From: Eledone cirrhosa
Lineage: Eukaryota
DNA: 64,000 nt
Assembly (NCBI GenBank): GCA_964016885.1
Contig: OZ024741.1
Span: forward strand, 70,308,001 to 70,372,000
Direction of reading: 5' to 3'
Numbering within the stretch: the first letter of the stretch is position 1; every line of letters starts with the position of its first letter. This document shows positions 11,788 through 25,445 of this stretch, in pieces. The notes under the pieces were generated by a model that was given only the letters and a program-made list of their open reading frames with translations, made no database searches and was not told the DNA's origin. A program made the translations under genes and the position numbers.

Positions 11788-14652
11788 ATGGTGGCGTGGT
11801 GGTGTGGTGGTGTGGTGGTGGTGTGGTGGTGTGGTGTGTTGTGGTGGTGGGATGGTGGTGTGGTGGTGTGGTGTGTTGTGGTGGTGTGGTGGTGGTGGTG
11901 GTGTGGTGGTGTGGTGTGTTGTGGTGGTGTGGTGGTGTGGTGGTGGTGGTGGTGTGGTGTGTTGTGGTGGTGGGATGGTGGTGTGGTGGTGTGGTGGTGT
12001 GGTGGTGGTGGTGGTGGTGGTGTGGTGGTGTGGTGGTGGGATGGTGGTGTGGTGTGTTGTGGTGGTGTGGTGGTGGTGGTGGTGTGGTAGTGTGGTGTGT
12101 TGTGGTGGTGGGATGGTGGTGTGGTGGTGGTGGTGGTGTGGTGGTGTGGTGTGTTGTGGTGTGGTGGTGCGGTGGTGGTGTGGTGGTGGTGGTGGTGTGG
12201 TGGTGGTGGTGTGGTGGTGTGGTGGTGTGGTGGTGTGGTGTGTTGTGGTGGTGGGATGGTGGTGTGGTGGTGTGGTGGTGTGGTGGTGCGGTGGTGGTGT
12301 GGTGGTGTGGTGGTGGTGGTGTGGTGGCGTGGTGGTGTGGTGTGTTGTGGTGGTGGGATGGTGGTGTGGTGGTGTGGTGGTGTGGTGTGTTGTGGTGTGG
12401 TAGTGTGGTGGTGGTGTGGTGGTGGTGGTGGTGTGGTGGTGGTGGTGGTGTGGTGGTGTGGTGTGTTGTGGTGGTGGGATGGTGGTGTGGTGGTGTGGTG
12501 GTGCGGTGGTGGTGTGGTGGTGCGGTGGTGGTGTGGTGGTGTGGTGGTGTGGTGGTGTGGTGGTGTGGTGTGTTGTGGTGGTGGGATGGTGGTGTGGTGG
12601 TGTGGTGGTGTGGTGGTGCGGTGGTGTGGTGGTGGTGTGGTGGTGTGGTGGTGGTGGTGTGGTGGTATGGTGGTGTGGTGGTGTGGTGTGGTGGTGTAGT
12701 GGTGTGGTGGTGTGGCGGTGTGGTGGTGGTGTGGTGTTGTGGTGGTGTGGTGGTGGTGTGGTGGTGGTGGTGGTGTGGTGGTGGTGGTGGTGTGGTGGTG
12801 GTGTAGTGGTGTGGTGGTGGTGTGGTGGTGTGGTATGGTGGTGGTGTGGTGGTGACGTGGTGTGGTGGTGTGGTGGTGGTGTATGGTGGTGTGGTGGTGT
12901 GGTGGTGGTGTGGTGGTGTGGTGGTGGTGTGGTGGTGTGGTGGTATGGTGGTGGTGGTGGTAGTGGTGGTGGGGTGGGGTGGTGGTGGTGTGGTGGTGTG
13001 ATGGTGGTGTATGGTGGTATGGTGGTGTGCTGGTGGTGTGGTGGTGTGGTGGTGGTGTGTGGTAGTGTGGTGGTGTGGTGGTGTAGTGGTGTGGTGGTGG
13101 TGTGGTGGTGGTGGTGTGGTGGTGTGGTGGCGGTGGTGTGGTTGTGTGGTGGTGGTGTGGTGATGGTGTGATGGTGTGGTGGTGTGATGGTGTGGTGGTG
13201 GTGTGGTGCTATGCTGGTGTGGTGGTGTGCTGGTGTGATGGTGGTGTGGTGGTGTGGTGGTGGTGGTGTGGTGGTGGTGGTGGTGTGATGGTGTGGTGGT
13301 GTGGTGGTGTGGTGGTGTGGTGGTGGTGGTGTGGTGGTGTGTGGTGGTGTGGTGGTGCGGTTCTGTGGCGGTGTGGTGGTGTGGTGGTGTGTGGTGGTGT
13401 GGTGGTGCGGTGGTGTGGTGGTGTGTGTTGGTGTGATGGTGGTGGTGGTATGGTGTTGCGTGGTGGTGTGTGGTGGTGTGGTGGTGTGGTGGTGTGTGGT
13501 GTGTGGTGGTGTGGTGGTGTGGTGGTGTGGTGGTGTGGTGGTGTGATGGTGTGGTGGTGTGGTGGTGTGATGGTGTGGAGCTGTGGTGGTGTGGTGGTGT
13601 GGTGGTGTGATGGTGTGATGGTGTGGTGGTGTGGTGGTATGGTGGTGTGTGGTGGTGTGTGGTGGTGTGATGGTGTGGTGGTGTGGTGGTGTGGTGGTGT
13701 GGTGGTGTGGTGGTGTGATGGTGTGGTGCTGTGGTGGTGTGGTGGTGTGATGGTGTGATGGTGTGGTGGTGTGGTGGTGTGGTGGTGTGTGGTGGTGTGT
13801 GGTGGTGTGGTGGTGTGGTGGTGTGATGGTGTGGTGGTGGTGTGGTGATGTGATGGTGTGGTGGTGTGGTGGTGTGGTGGTGTGATGGTGTGGTGGTGTG
13901 GTGGTGTGGTGCTATGCTGGTGTGGTGGTGTGCTGGTGTGATGGTGGTGTGGTGGTGTGGTGGTGGTGGTGTGGTGGTGGTGGTGGTGTGATGGTGTGGT
14001 GGTGTGGTGGTGGTGGTGGTGTGATGGTGTGGTGGTGTGGTGGTGTGGTGGTGTGGTGGTGGTGTAGTGGTGTGTGGTGGTGTGGTGGTGCGGTGGTGTG
14101 GTGGTGTGTGGTGGTGCGGTGGTGTGGTGGTGTGTGGTGGTGTGATGGTGGTGGTGGTATGGTGGTGCGTGGTGGTGTGTGGTGGTGTGGTGGTGTGTGG
14201 TGTGTGGTGGTGTGGTGGTGTGGTGGTGTGGTGGTGTGATGGTGTGGTGGTGTGGTGGTGTGATGGTGTGGTACTGTGGTGGTGTGGTGGTGTGGTGGTG
14301 TGATGGTGTGATGGTGTGGTGGTGTGGTGGTGTGGTGGTGTGTCGTGGTGTGTGGTGGTGTGGTGGTGTGATGGTGTGGTGGTGTGGTGGTGTGGTGGTG
14401 TGGTGGTGTGATGGTGTGGTGCTGTGGTGGTGTGGTGGTGTGATGGTGTGATGGTGTGGTGGTGTGGTGGTGTGGTGGTGTGTGGTGGTGTGTGGTGGTG
14501 TGGTGGTGTGGTGGTGTGATGGTGTGGTGGTGGTGTGGTGATGTGATGGTGTGGTGGTGTGGTGGTGTGGTGGTGTGATGGTGTGGTGGTGTGGTGGTGT
14601 GGTGGTGTGGTGGTGTGGTGGTGTGATGGTGGTGTGGTGGTGTGGTGGTGTG
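11788..14652 (+). repeat. About 2.9-kb G/T-rich (GGT/GT)n irregular satellite
   Basis: Continuous GGTGTGGT-type repeats with occasional A or C variants. Confidence 0.97.
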
Positions 14653-15047
14653 GGATATGATATAGAGTGTGTGGTGTATGGAGTTTTTATGTGTGGTGTG
14701 TAATATGCTTTGTGTGTGATATGTAGTGTACAGTGGTGAGTGATATATATTGTATAATATTATGTCGTGTATGCTATGTGATACGCGTGTCTGAATGTAC
14801 GTATGTGTGTATATGCCGTATACAGTGTGTATATGATGTATACAGTGTGTATATGCTGTATACAGTGTGTATGTACTGTATACAGTGTGTATGTGCTGTA
14901 TACAGTGTATTTGAGTGCGTTTTGTGGCAGCTCATGTGTGGTGTACTGTATGTGGTACAGTGTAGTGTAATGTGTACAAGGTATACACTATATAGTACGC
15001 ACCATCGTGCGTATGTGTGTGTGCGGGCACGCACACACACATACACA

Positions 15048-15078
<31 letters not shown>

Positions 15079-15327
15079 GTATATATATATGTATATATGC
15101 TGTTTGAACCCCAGTGGGTTTACAAGTTAGTCAGCGTCGCTTTGCTGTAATGATTGCGCAGCCGTCTCTCATATGGCAGGTGTGAATTCGAGTCCCACAT
15201 TTATCGTCTCTTGGGACATATAATGTTCAACTTTCTCCACTATTTTTCACAGTAAAAGCGTTGAAGCAGCTTACTTTAAGTTAACATACATTAAAAAGAA
15301 TTCATAATTTTCTCAACGCCTCGCCAA

Positions 15328-15364
<37 letters not shown>

Positions 15365-15404
15365 ATGCATACACAAATACTCTGTGTGTGTGTGTGTATG
15401 AGTG

Positions 15405-17070
15405 TTGGTGTCCGGAAAGGTAGATCCACAACATCTCACCTTGCTTTATGTAGAATTATCGAGGAGCTTAAGAATTATAAAAGGAAGCAGTTCTAACTTC
15501 TATTGATTTCCGTAAAGCCTTTGATTCAGTTGATCCTACCAAACCTTTCCTGATTCTTGAAGCTTATGGAATTCCTCGGGATGTAGTTGCTATTATTCAT
15601 GTCATGTATGAGAACAATTTATGTGGTGTTGCCCTTACACCTGAAGAAGAAACCAACATGTTTACAATCGATACAGGCGTTTTGCAGGGTGATCCTCTTG
15701 TTCCGCTCCTTTTTTATATGTTTGGACTATGACCTTCGCATTGCCATCACAGATACTGACGGTATAACCACCAGTCGCCCTCATCAAGCTATTGTGTTCC
15801 AAGACCTTGACTATGAAGATGACATCGTTCTTCTGGAAGATACCATTGGAGCAGCTCAGGACCTCCTCCAGCATATCATGACTGTCTGCCAAGAGGTGGG
15901 TTTGTTTCTCAATGCCTCAAAAACTAATTTCATGCATTTGAATCCATCCATTCCCAGTTCGCTACATGGTTCTGACGGTTCCCCTATCGAACTAGTTCAA
16001 GAATTTAAATATCTGGGTAGTTACACTAACTCTGAGCACGATATGACCACCAGATTTGCTCAAGCATGAAGTGCAATAAATTCACTACAAAAAGTCTGGA
16101 AAGCTCCCATCCCAAGATCTAAGAAGTGCAAAATCTTCAAAGCTATGGTCGAAACCATCTTACTGTATGGTTCAGAATCCTAGACTCTCAAGGAGACTTG
16201 ATGGTTCCTATACCTCGATGTTACATTTGGTGTTCAAAATTTCGTGACAAAGTCACACTTCCAACAAAATTTCGTGACAAAGTCACACTTCCAACAAAAT
16301 TTCCCTGACAAAGTCACACTTCCAACAAAATTTCGTGACAAAGTCACACTTCCAACAAAATTTCGTGACAAAGTCACACTTCCAACAAAATTTCCTGACA
16401 AAGTCACACTTCCAACAAAATTTCGTGACAAAGTCACACTTCCAACAAAATTTCCTGACAAAGTCACACTTCCAACAAAATTTCGTGACAAAGTCACACT
16501 TCCAACAAAATTTCCTGACAAAGTCACACTTCCAACAAAATTTCCTGACAAAGTCACACTTCCAACAAAATTTCCTGACAAAGTCACACTTCCAACAAAA
16601 TTTCCTGATAAAGTCACACTTCCAACAAAATTTCCTGACAAAGTAACACTTCCAACAAAATTTCCTGACAAAGTCACACTTCCTACAAAATTTCCTGACA
16701 AAGTCACACTTCCAACAAAATTTCGTGACAAAGTCACACTTCCAACAAAATTTCCTGACAAAGTAACACTTCCAACAAAATTTCCTGACAAAGTCACACT
16801 TCCAACAAAATTTCCTGACAAAGTCACACTTCCAACAAAATTTCCTGACAAAGTCACACTTCCAACAAAATTTCCTGACAAAGTCACACTTCCAACAAAA
16901 TTTCCTGACAAAGTCACACTGCTATGAATTTCATCGAAAGTCAATCCCGTCGTTAGGCTCTTGCTGGTCATGTTTCCTGCCATGATTAACCTGCATGCAA
17001 AGCACCGAATAGTACTCACTGGCCTCACTGGACGGGATCTTCTTACGGTGATGAGAAAGTGGGAAGTCTG
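15405..17070 (+). pseudogene. Degenerate RTE-type LINE reverse transcriptase fragment
   Basis: Remnant motifs FIDFRKAFDSV, G.LQGDPL, LDYEDDIVLL, GLFLNASKT, EFKYLGS, ETILLYGSES, RL.AGHV, with several frameshifts and stops. Confidence 0.85.
16236..16920 (+). repeat. 30-bp minisatellite, about 23 copies, inside the LINE
   Basis: Unit AAAATTTC(C/G)TGACAAAGTCACACTTCCAAC in head-to-tail copies with no spacers. Confidence 0.97.
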
Positions 17071-17167
17071 GAACATGAACTTTGTGCATACTTCACCTTC
17101 GATAGAGAGATGAGTGAAGAAGAAGATTTTATATAGAAATGACTTCTGTGTGTGCGTGTGTGCGTGT

Positions 17168-17210
<43 letters not shown>

Positions 17211-17754
17211 CTAGCGGGATTAAAAATCAGGTCCTGAAAATCAAATAGCCGGAGATTTACCATCAACTTGTCTACGTTTGATATTTAAAACAAACAAACA
17301 AACAAACCTGATATAAATAAATAAATTAATCATAAGAATAAACAGAGAAATACATAAAACATATTATTAAGTCAATATTTAGAGACTTCTCTAAAGGAAA
17401 TATATAGAAATTCAAAATTATTGCTTGTATCAGACACTGTTTGCTTATTTAGCTGTGAGTGGTTAGTGAACGCTGTTTTACAGTTATACTTATATAAACA
17501 CGACTCTTCTATGAAGGTTTGCAAGGAAGGTTAATAGAAAAGAGATGAGTGACACATGTTCCGTTCTATCTGAATGGTGTGCACTTCATTGCATATATGC
17601 AACTCAGTTGGGCACCGTCTCGACACATAACAAACAAGATTTGTTGATCTGCCATTTTGACCTAATGTTTTGAGAAATGGAAGCCATCTTGGTTGGATAC
17701 CTAACATGATATGCTAGATATGATTCATGTCTTTATATATATATATATATATAT

Positions 17755-17888
<134 letters not shown>

Positions 17889-17909
17889 AACACACACACA
17901 TCCATACAG

Positions 17910-17941
<32 letters not shown>

Positions 17942-17946
<5 letters not shown>

Positions 17947-18258
17947 AAATTGAGGTTGGTAATGGCACATGGAATATATAAGAGACAGAATACTTTTTTG
18001 TGAAAAAACATATAATTTTATAAGGTAAGGAAATAATAAAGGGTATAAAAAATGACCGGTTTCGATGGGTCTGCAAAAGCCATCTTTTCAAATGTTGATT
18101 AATCAACATTTGAAAAGATGGCTTTTGCAGACCCATCGAAACCAGTCATTTTTTATACCCTTTATTATTTCCTTACCTTATAAAATTATATGTTTTTTCA
18201 CAAAAAATATTCTGTCTCTTATACATTCCATGTGCCATTACCAACCTCAATTTTCTCT
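17942..18258. repeat. Spacerless fold-back of a PLE-like fragment with a degenerate hammerhead
   Basis: Centre is GTTGATT|AATCAAC at 18100/18101. The arms contain GATGG...CCATC GAAA CCGG TC (intact in the left arm), preceded by TTGAAAA instead of CTGAAGA. Confidence 0.8.
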
Positions 18259-18360
18259 ATAACCTTCGTTTTGTGTAGAAAATTACACTTTTCATATATA
18301 TATATATATATATACGATATTAACAAATGGAAACTATATTTATAAAACCATATCTATTTC

Positions 18361-18416
18361 ATTATACATATTTCAAGGATACCATGTTAAATTATGGTAT
18401 GCTTTCATCAGACAAA
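18361..18416 (-). ncRNA. Type I hammerhead inside an inverted-repeat element (about 18313-18565)
   Basis: CUGAUGA AAGCAUACCAU-AAUUUAAC-AUGGUAUCCUU GAAA UAUG UA. Same family at 30036-30091 (-) and 43197-43253 (+, core mutated to CUGUUGA). Stem I is weak. Confidence 0.7.
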
Positions 18417-18815
18417 ATACAATATATACCAGTTTTATAAATAAATATTGACATACCCTTTCAAAATGCAACCGTTACTTTTGGAAGACATCAGGGATAG
18501 TGAAATATGTATAATAAAATAGATATGGTTTTATAAATATAGTTTCCATTTGTTAATATCGTATATTTACTCCAAATACTTGTCGAGTGCTTTATATCAG
18601 TTATAAAAATATTTGCTTGTTGTATCCCAACAATTTAAATAGAACTTTTGCATATATATATATATGTGTGTCTGTGTGTGTTGTGTGTTGACGTAGATTT
18701 TTATTTTAGTTTCATTCTTTTACATATTGTATATATATATATGTGTCTACGTATATGTGTGGATATATGCATGAATGTGCATATATATAAGAATATGTAT
18801 GTGTGCGCATGTATG

Positions 18816-18918
<103 letters not shown>

Positions 18919-19432
18919 TGTATGTATATATATATATGTGTGTGTATGTCATTATTCAGCTCAATTTCTACTGCTGCATGCTTACAAAACGTTGAGTGCA
19001 AATATTATTAGGATTTTCTGCCCCACGGTTAAGCTTTTACCGTTTCAACAGCAAACGAGAAATTTAAGCTATTTATTTTGTCTTGTTCTATTCGGAGACA
19101 CGGTTATGGTTTGATTGACAGGTGGGGGTACCTATCAGAAAAGGGATGCTGCGATAGGGCCATGGAATGTTTTAAAACATGTGGAAGGGGAGGTGAGGGT
19201 GGTGGGAAAATGATCAAACTTTACAAACAGATACATGGCGAGAATGTGGTGATGGTAGTGGTGGTGGCGGGGAAATTGTACTATTAAAACGTAATTTTCA
19301 GGAATTATCAGTATGACATAATATCTGACAATCCTCACCCCGTATAATCCTTCCGATGGGCTTTCACACAGTTTCTGTCTACCTCAGTTTCACCCACAAA
19401 GCTTAAGTTGATCAAAAGCTATGTATGATAAA

Positions 19433-20068
19433 TAATGGTTTCTACTTTTGGCACAAGACCAGCAATTATCCCAGTGTATTACTGGTACTTTATTTTATCG
19501 ACCCCGTAAGGATGAAAGGCAAAGCTTAACCTCGTCAAGATTTGAACTTAGAACGTAAAGGACCGTAACTCTATGCTGCAGAGCATGGTATTTGACACTC
19601 TACCAACACTGCCAATCCACCACCGTAACAATAAATACAGATTTCTACTATAGGCACAAGGTCAGCCATTTGGGGGTGGAGAAAGTCAATTAAATCGATC
19701 CAGTGCATTACTGGTGCTTCATTTTACCGACCCGTAAGCATGAAAGGCAAAGCTAGCCTCGGCGGGATTTGAACTCAGAAAGTAAAGGGCCGTAACTCTA
19801 TGCCACAAAGCATGTTGCCCGATCTTTACTGATGCTGCCAATACACCACTCTACAATCGTTTCTATTATAGGCCCAAGGTCAGCAATTTTAAGGGGAGGG
19901 GAAAGTCGATTAAATAGTGCATTACTGGTGCTATATTTTATCGACCCCGTAAGGAGGAAAGGCAAAGTTAACCTCGGCAGGATTTGAACTCAGAACGTAA
20001 AGGGCCGTAACTCTATGCTGCGAAGCATGGCGTCCGACGCTCTACTGATACTGCCAATCCACCGCCTT
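19433..20068 (-). mobile_element. Three tandem Nin/Deu-domain tRNA SINE copies
   Basis: Repeated TTTCTAC..GGCACAAGG...ACTGGTAC...CGACCCCGTAAGGATGAAAGGC...GATTTGAACTCAG...CTGCCAATCCACC units. Confidence 0.85.
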
Positions 20069-20202
20069 CAATATATGATAAATAATAAAAGACATTTGCC
20101 TAACATATTATACAGCCGCAGTATTGAACTCGGGATCTTCTGAACTTCTTCACTACGTAACTTTGTCTCAGTCCATTAATAAAATATTAGTTGCAAGGAA
20201 GG

Positions 20203-20416
20203 GGAGGGGGCTGAAAAGTTCATATCCTAATTATGAAGGATCGATGCTAGTGTTGTGAAATCTTACATGCATTAATTTCAAACCTTCTTATTAATAGCTG
20301 CATTGTTTCTTTCCAAGGACTATGTTGAAAAATAAACCTCATTTGGTCATTCCATCAGAGTATCTTCGTCAGCCTTTGAACGTTTTAGCCTATGTACTTT
20401 TCAGCCGACACTCGTA
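20203..20416. mobile_element. Possible mariner-derived MITE remnant
   Basis: The left end GGCTGAAAAGTTCATA matches the reverse complement of the right end TATGTACTTTTCAGCC...CTCGTA. Confidence 0.45.
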
Positions 20417-20663
20417 AGTAAATTCGTGTGCCATGAGGAGTGTTGAATTCTGACATTTCATTTGGAGGTCGTGGGGCGGTGAACGAAGTTTTCCTCGGCT
20501 CACTAGAGAATTTGGCGTCATAAGATCAACGGGTTTTTCTCTGTGACGATCCGTTTCTAATGCCAAGAAGTTAGCCATCTGGCAGATGTTAGCTGCTTCG
20601 AAAGAAGAGAAAAGTAAAAAAGGAACGGAAAGGTTCAGATCCATCTCTCTCTCTCTCTCTCTC

Positions 20664-20764
<101 letters not shown>

Positions 20765-21068
20765 GGGAGGTGTTCTCTCTGCCTTTTTCTTTATCGATCC
20801 TTCTCTCTCTCTCCCTCTCTATCTTCGCCACCACCACTACCACCACCACCACCCCCATCACCACCGCCACGCATTCGGCAGCTGGCCTTCAACAAGATTT
20901 TCGACAGACTTATGAGCATCCCGTGAAACACAAGCTATCTTCAATACATTTGAAATGCACCCCACTACACACACACACACACACACACACACATCGTCGT
21001 TGTCGCAGTATCTGTGTATGCAGGTATGTATATATGGCCTGATGTGTATGTGCGTTTGTGAAAATATG

Positions 21069-21124
<56 letters not shown>

Positions 21125-21125
21125 G

Positions 21126-21492
21126 CAAAAGAGTCAGGACTCTGCGTTCAGACCTAGCTGTTTAACGGCCGGAGCTCAGCCGTCGGGGTCCTGACTATTT
21201 TCCTATTACCCACTCTACTACACTAAGTATCTAGTACTCTGGTGCGTTATGGTCCATCTGGTTCCTTACCACAATGCCTTTGTTATATATATATATAACA
21301 AAGGTATTGTGGTAAGGAACCAGATGGACCATAACGCACCAACGTACTCAATACTTAGGGTAGTAGAGTGGGTAATAGGAAAAAGTATAACCCCGACGGC
21401 AGATCTCAAGCCCTTTCGACGGCTATTTCTGGACTAGTCCAGAACTAACCGTCGAAACGGCTTGAGCACTGCCGTCGGGGTCATACTTTTTC

Positions 21493-21495
<3 letters not shown>
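21126..21495. mobile_element. Zig-zag fold-back of a short (TA)n-tailed repeat family
   Basis: Tail-to-tail inversion about a TA run near 21290, then head-to-head inversion about CTGGACTAGTCCAG near 21436. Family members at about 4040-4215, 33422-33620, 40097-40285 and 46455-46655. Confidence 0.8.
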
Positions 21496-21529
<34 letters not shown>

Positions 21530-21985
21530 TGCACGCGTGTATGTATGCATGTATGTGGCATGTGTGTGTGTGTGAGATGACTGTCGACTCACTATCGAGA
21601 ATGACCATCTTTTGCAATAGTTTTCCACATAGTTCCCGTCTACCAAATTTCCCTCACAAGTTATTATTCAATCCGGGTCTATAATAGTCCAAGGACCGAA
21701 CCCTATTACTTTCTCCAGGAATCTAAAGGATTGACTTCTATTTTGATAGGCTTGAGCATGTGGTGTCTTTTAACATTTTCTTATCATATTTCTAATGAAT
21801 TGGAAATATGTACTAACATAACCGGTTTCTCATTCCTAAGATGGTGTTTGGAACATAACAAGTTCTTACATCAAATTATGATCGATGATTTTTATACAAA
21901 CATAAATATTTTAAAACAAAGTGCTTTGTAACACATAACATAGGTGAAACTCAAGAGTAACAAGAGCCGTTATTTACACACACAC

Positions 21986-22045
<60 letters not shown>

Positions 22046-22193
22046 TAAACTTATGCCAAGATATTATTTTATCCTTTCGTTGAGATATTTAACTTTTTAA
22101 TTGATATATATATATAAGAGTGGAAGATGTTTTTTGAAGGTGTTTTTTGACGATAACACCCCAGTGAGAAAATTTGCTCCGAACAGATTGCAT

Positions 22194-22282
22194 GTGTCCG
22201 AAGGAACCTGCAGCCGTAGAATCAGCCAGATCCATACAGTGATCATGTCTCGAGCTACCTGCCGGCGAAACAATTGTAACAC
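22194..22282 (+). ncRNA. Hammerhead-like motif with long stem II (degenerate core)
   Basis: GUGU CCGAAGGA ACCUGCAG...CUGCCGGC GAAA CAAUUG UA ACAC. Confidence 0.5.
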
Positions 22283-22625
22283 GCAATAAACTGAGTGCAG
22301 ATGCATCACTGATTTTTCGTTATTTTATACTATTCAGACACTGGTCTGTATGAATATTGAGTGGTAATTTTGGCATACCGCCTATGGAAACACCATAGCT
22401 ACCATTATACACACGTATATATATATATATATATATATAATTAGCATATTATTTCTCGCCCTAACACAGCTGATACATAAATGTAAATATGCACACTTTC
22501 ACACTTACGGCACGGCACAGCTTCAAATCGGGCCGTTTGTTTACAACCTAATCGAGCATATTTTTATTAATGTTCGATATAACCCATATGTACATATGTA
22601 TATATGTATGTGTATGTATATAGAC

Positions 22626-22685
<60 letters not shown>

Positions 22686-24404
22686 ATAAGGTACACACAC
22701 ACACACATAAGTATAAATATATATATATATATATGTGGTATCCCGCCTTGACCAGTTTTGTTCAATGACTGAAAGGATTAAAAAATAAACATTTAATCAC
22801 TGCTATCTATCAAATTAAAAATGTGAAGAAAAAATAGACAGAATATACCTAATTTTTTCTCCAAAGTCCCGACTGCAGTTCTGTCGATTGGTTTGCAGCT
22901 GTAGTACACCAAAAAGTGCGCCAGGATGGTGAGGCTACCTGTTTTCAAGAGACACCTGAAGTGAAAGGACTACTTCGTGAACTGACAATTACAAGTGAAA
23001 ATTTCTCTGGAGGGAGAACTTATCACGTAGTGTATGTGTGTTTCCCCTCTAAAACTGTATGGAGGGTTTGAGAAGATTTGGCTCCTGTTTCTAGCAGTTA
23101 ACACGACCACATGCATGATTCCCAATTGGTTTGGTGTTTATTCTGTTGGCAGACCCTGGCATATTATACTATCGTCGAAGACATCTGTGGCTCATGTGAA
23201 GCTGCTAGCTAACCCTTATTTGCTTCCAAATGACCGACCTATCGAAAGATTGAAAATTCAGTCGAAAAGAAAACGAAAAAGACAAAAAAAACAAGAAAAT
23301 TGAAAATAAAAAAATTATTTAAAAAATAAAAACAAAATAAATAAATACATAATAATAAATAAATAATAGAAAAATTACAATAAAAATAGCAAGATAAAAG
23401 TGAAATAGGCAAAACAAATTTCACACCATCAAATTGAGAAATGTTAGAATAAATAAGAAAAAAAAAATAGAAAAAAAAAATAATAGTAAAAAAGAGGAAC
23501 CATGATAAAAAGCCAATAGATGTTACCGTCAGAAACTGGGATGTGGAAGAAAAGATGCCGAAGTGATAAACAAATAAATAACAGAGATAAATAAAGGTTT
23601 CTGAAAAGAAATTACTTTAAGACGCGAAAACACAAGGAATTTGTCGAACTTGCTTTGTTTTAAAGAATTCTTTTGAAGTGAGAATATTTTTACTCCTTCT
23701 GCTATACATATGAGCTGATGTTTGTTGGTTGGACTGGAGTTTATATCTGGGTGGCGTTTGTTTCAAGGGTAGAAATCGGTTTGTCAATATAACGTTTTTT
23801 CTTCACTTATATTTTGCCTTCTATCTCATCACCAATATTGAAACAGTAAGCAGAACACATCATAATATCTTTTGTTTATATGTATGTATACTCTATACAA
23901 CAGAATAGAAGAAATTCCTCTTCGGTCATGGCTGACTATGAGTTTGCACCTGGAAAATTCTCCAATGTACAAGCCCTGAGATTCATACAAAACATAATGC
24001 ACACAGCCTATTTTAACATGCTAGACAACTGGAAAGGAAAAATACAAATTTGTGCTGACAATAAACAACACACTAGAAGTGCTGCAAAGGAAGAGCCAGG
24101 AAATTCTGAACATTTAGAAAACTCATATCGAAAAGCAACTTAATATATAATTTCCTCTCAACGAGAAAGCTTTAAAAAGGTTGGATCAAATAATGATTTC
24201 TGATTTAGGCACAAGGCCAACAATTTTGGGGGAGAGAAAAGGCGATTAAATCGACCCCGCTGCGCTACTGGTACTTTATTTGATCGACCCCCCCCCCCCC
24301 CCCCGTAAGCAGGAAAAGTAAAGATAACCTCGGCGGGATTTGAACTCAGAACAGTAACTCTATGTTGTAAAGCATGTTGTTCGATGCCCTACCGATACTG
24401 CCAG

Positions 24405-25445
24405 AGTTGGACCAAATAATAGAAGAAAAAAATTCTGAATTCCCTTTTTTCACGGTTAAAGAAGTAGAATGTGCCATTAAACAGGTAAGAAACCGAAAGT
24501 CACCAGGAATAGACGGGATAACCACAGAACGTTTAAAAGGAAGTGGTAACATGATGGTAAAACGCTGTCAAAATTGTTCAATGACGTCATTAGATCAGAG
24601 AGAACGCCTAAAAATTGGTCAACAAAGATAGTGACACCTATTCATAAAAAAGGAAACAAACTGAAACCTGAAAATTCCAGAACTGTCTCATTCTCTCGAT
24701 TCCCCAAAAAGTCTTCCGCAAACTATTAATGAATAGACACTCCGCAATAATCGAAAGATCAATGAGTGAATAGTAATTTAGCTTCTGGCCCGGAGGAGGA
24801 ACCTCCGATACGATCTTCTTTGTAAGTCAAATTATTGGGAAAGTGAAGAAACACAAGGTCTCACTACATTTCCACTTCATAGATTTAATTGTCCTTTTGA
24901 CATACAATGCAGTGTTATGGAAAAGGGGTGCGAAAGAGTGGGGGGAATTAACTCCAAGAAATGTGTAATAAAATTGTCAAATCCCAATATAGAACTAAAA
25001 ATTGACAACCTAAACGTTCCCCAAAAGTTCAAGTTCCTAGGAAGTATGGTGCACTTCCGACATCATACACAGAATAGCTTTGGCTTTGCAAGCGTTCGGT
25101 CGCCTTAGAAATGCAGTATGATCATCTTGAAATGTTTCCAGAAGACTAAAAGTTCGACTTTTCAAAAGCACTAATCCTGCCAATAGCCACATATAGCTTA
25201 GAAACTTGGACTACAAGAAGCGAACAGATACATGCTTTCATGGTGTTCGAAATGAAATGAGTAAGAATGATCCTTGGACGTGGACACATGTTGAACACTG
25301 TACATATATACAACAGACTAGGATTGACTGTGACAATTGAAGATATGGCCATGTGGTCAGAGTCACCAGAGAACAATGATCAACGCCTTCTACAGGTCAG
25401 AATTCTGAGACTGAGAAGACAGCCTCCAAAGAGATGAACCAACAA
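24405..25445 (+). pseudogene. Highly degenerate RTE-type LINE fragment
   Basis: EVECAIKQVRNRKSPGIDGITTERLK, TPIHKKGNKLKPENSRTVS, KFKFLGS, KVRLFKALILPIATYSLETWT. It is preceded by a SINE at about 24195-24403 (-). Confidence 0.8.

Noticed and set aside
11748-14451. Long Val/Trp/Cys/Gly-rich ORFs
   Set aside because: They are translations of the GGT/GT satellite and are open in several frames only because stops are rare.
16236-16920. CRISPR-like array of 30-bp repeats
   Set aside because: The repeats are contiguous with no unique spacers, there are no cas genes, the context is eukaryotic and the unit derives from the surrounding LINE.
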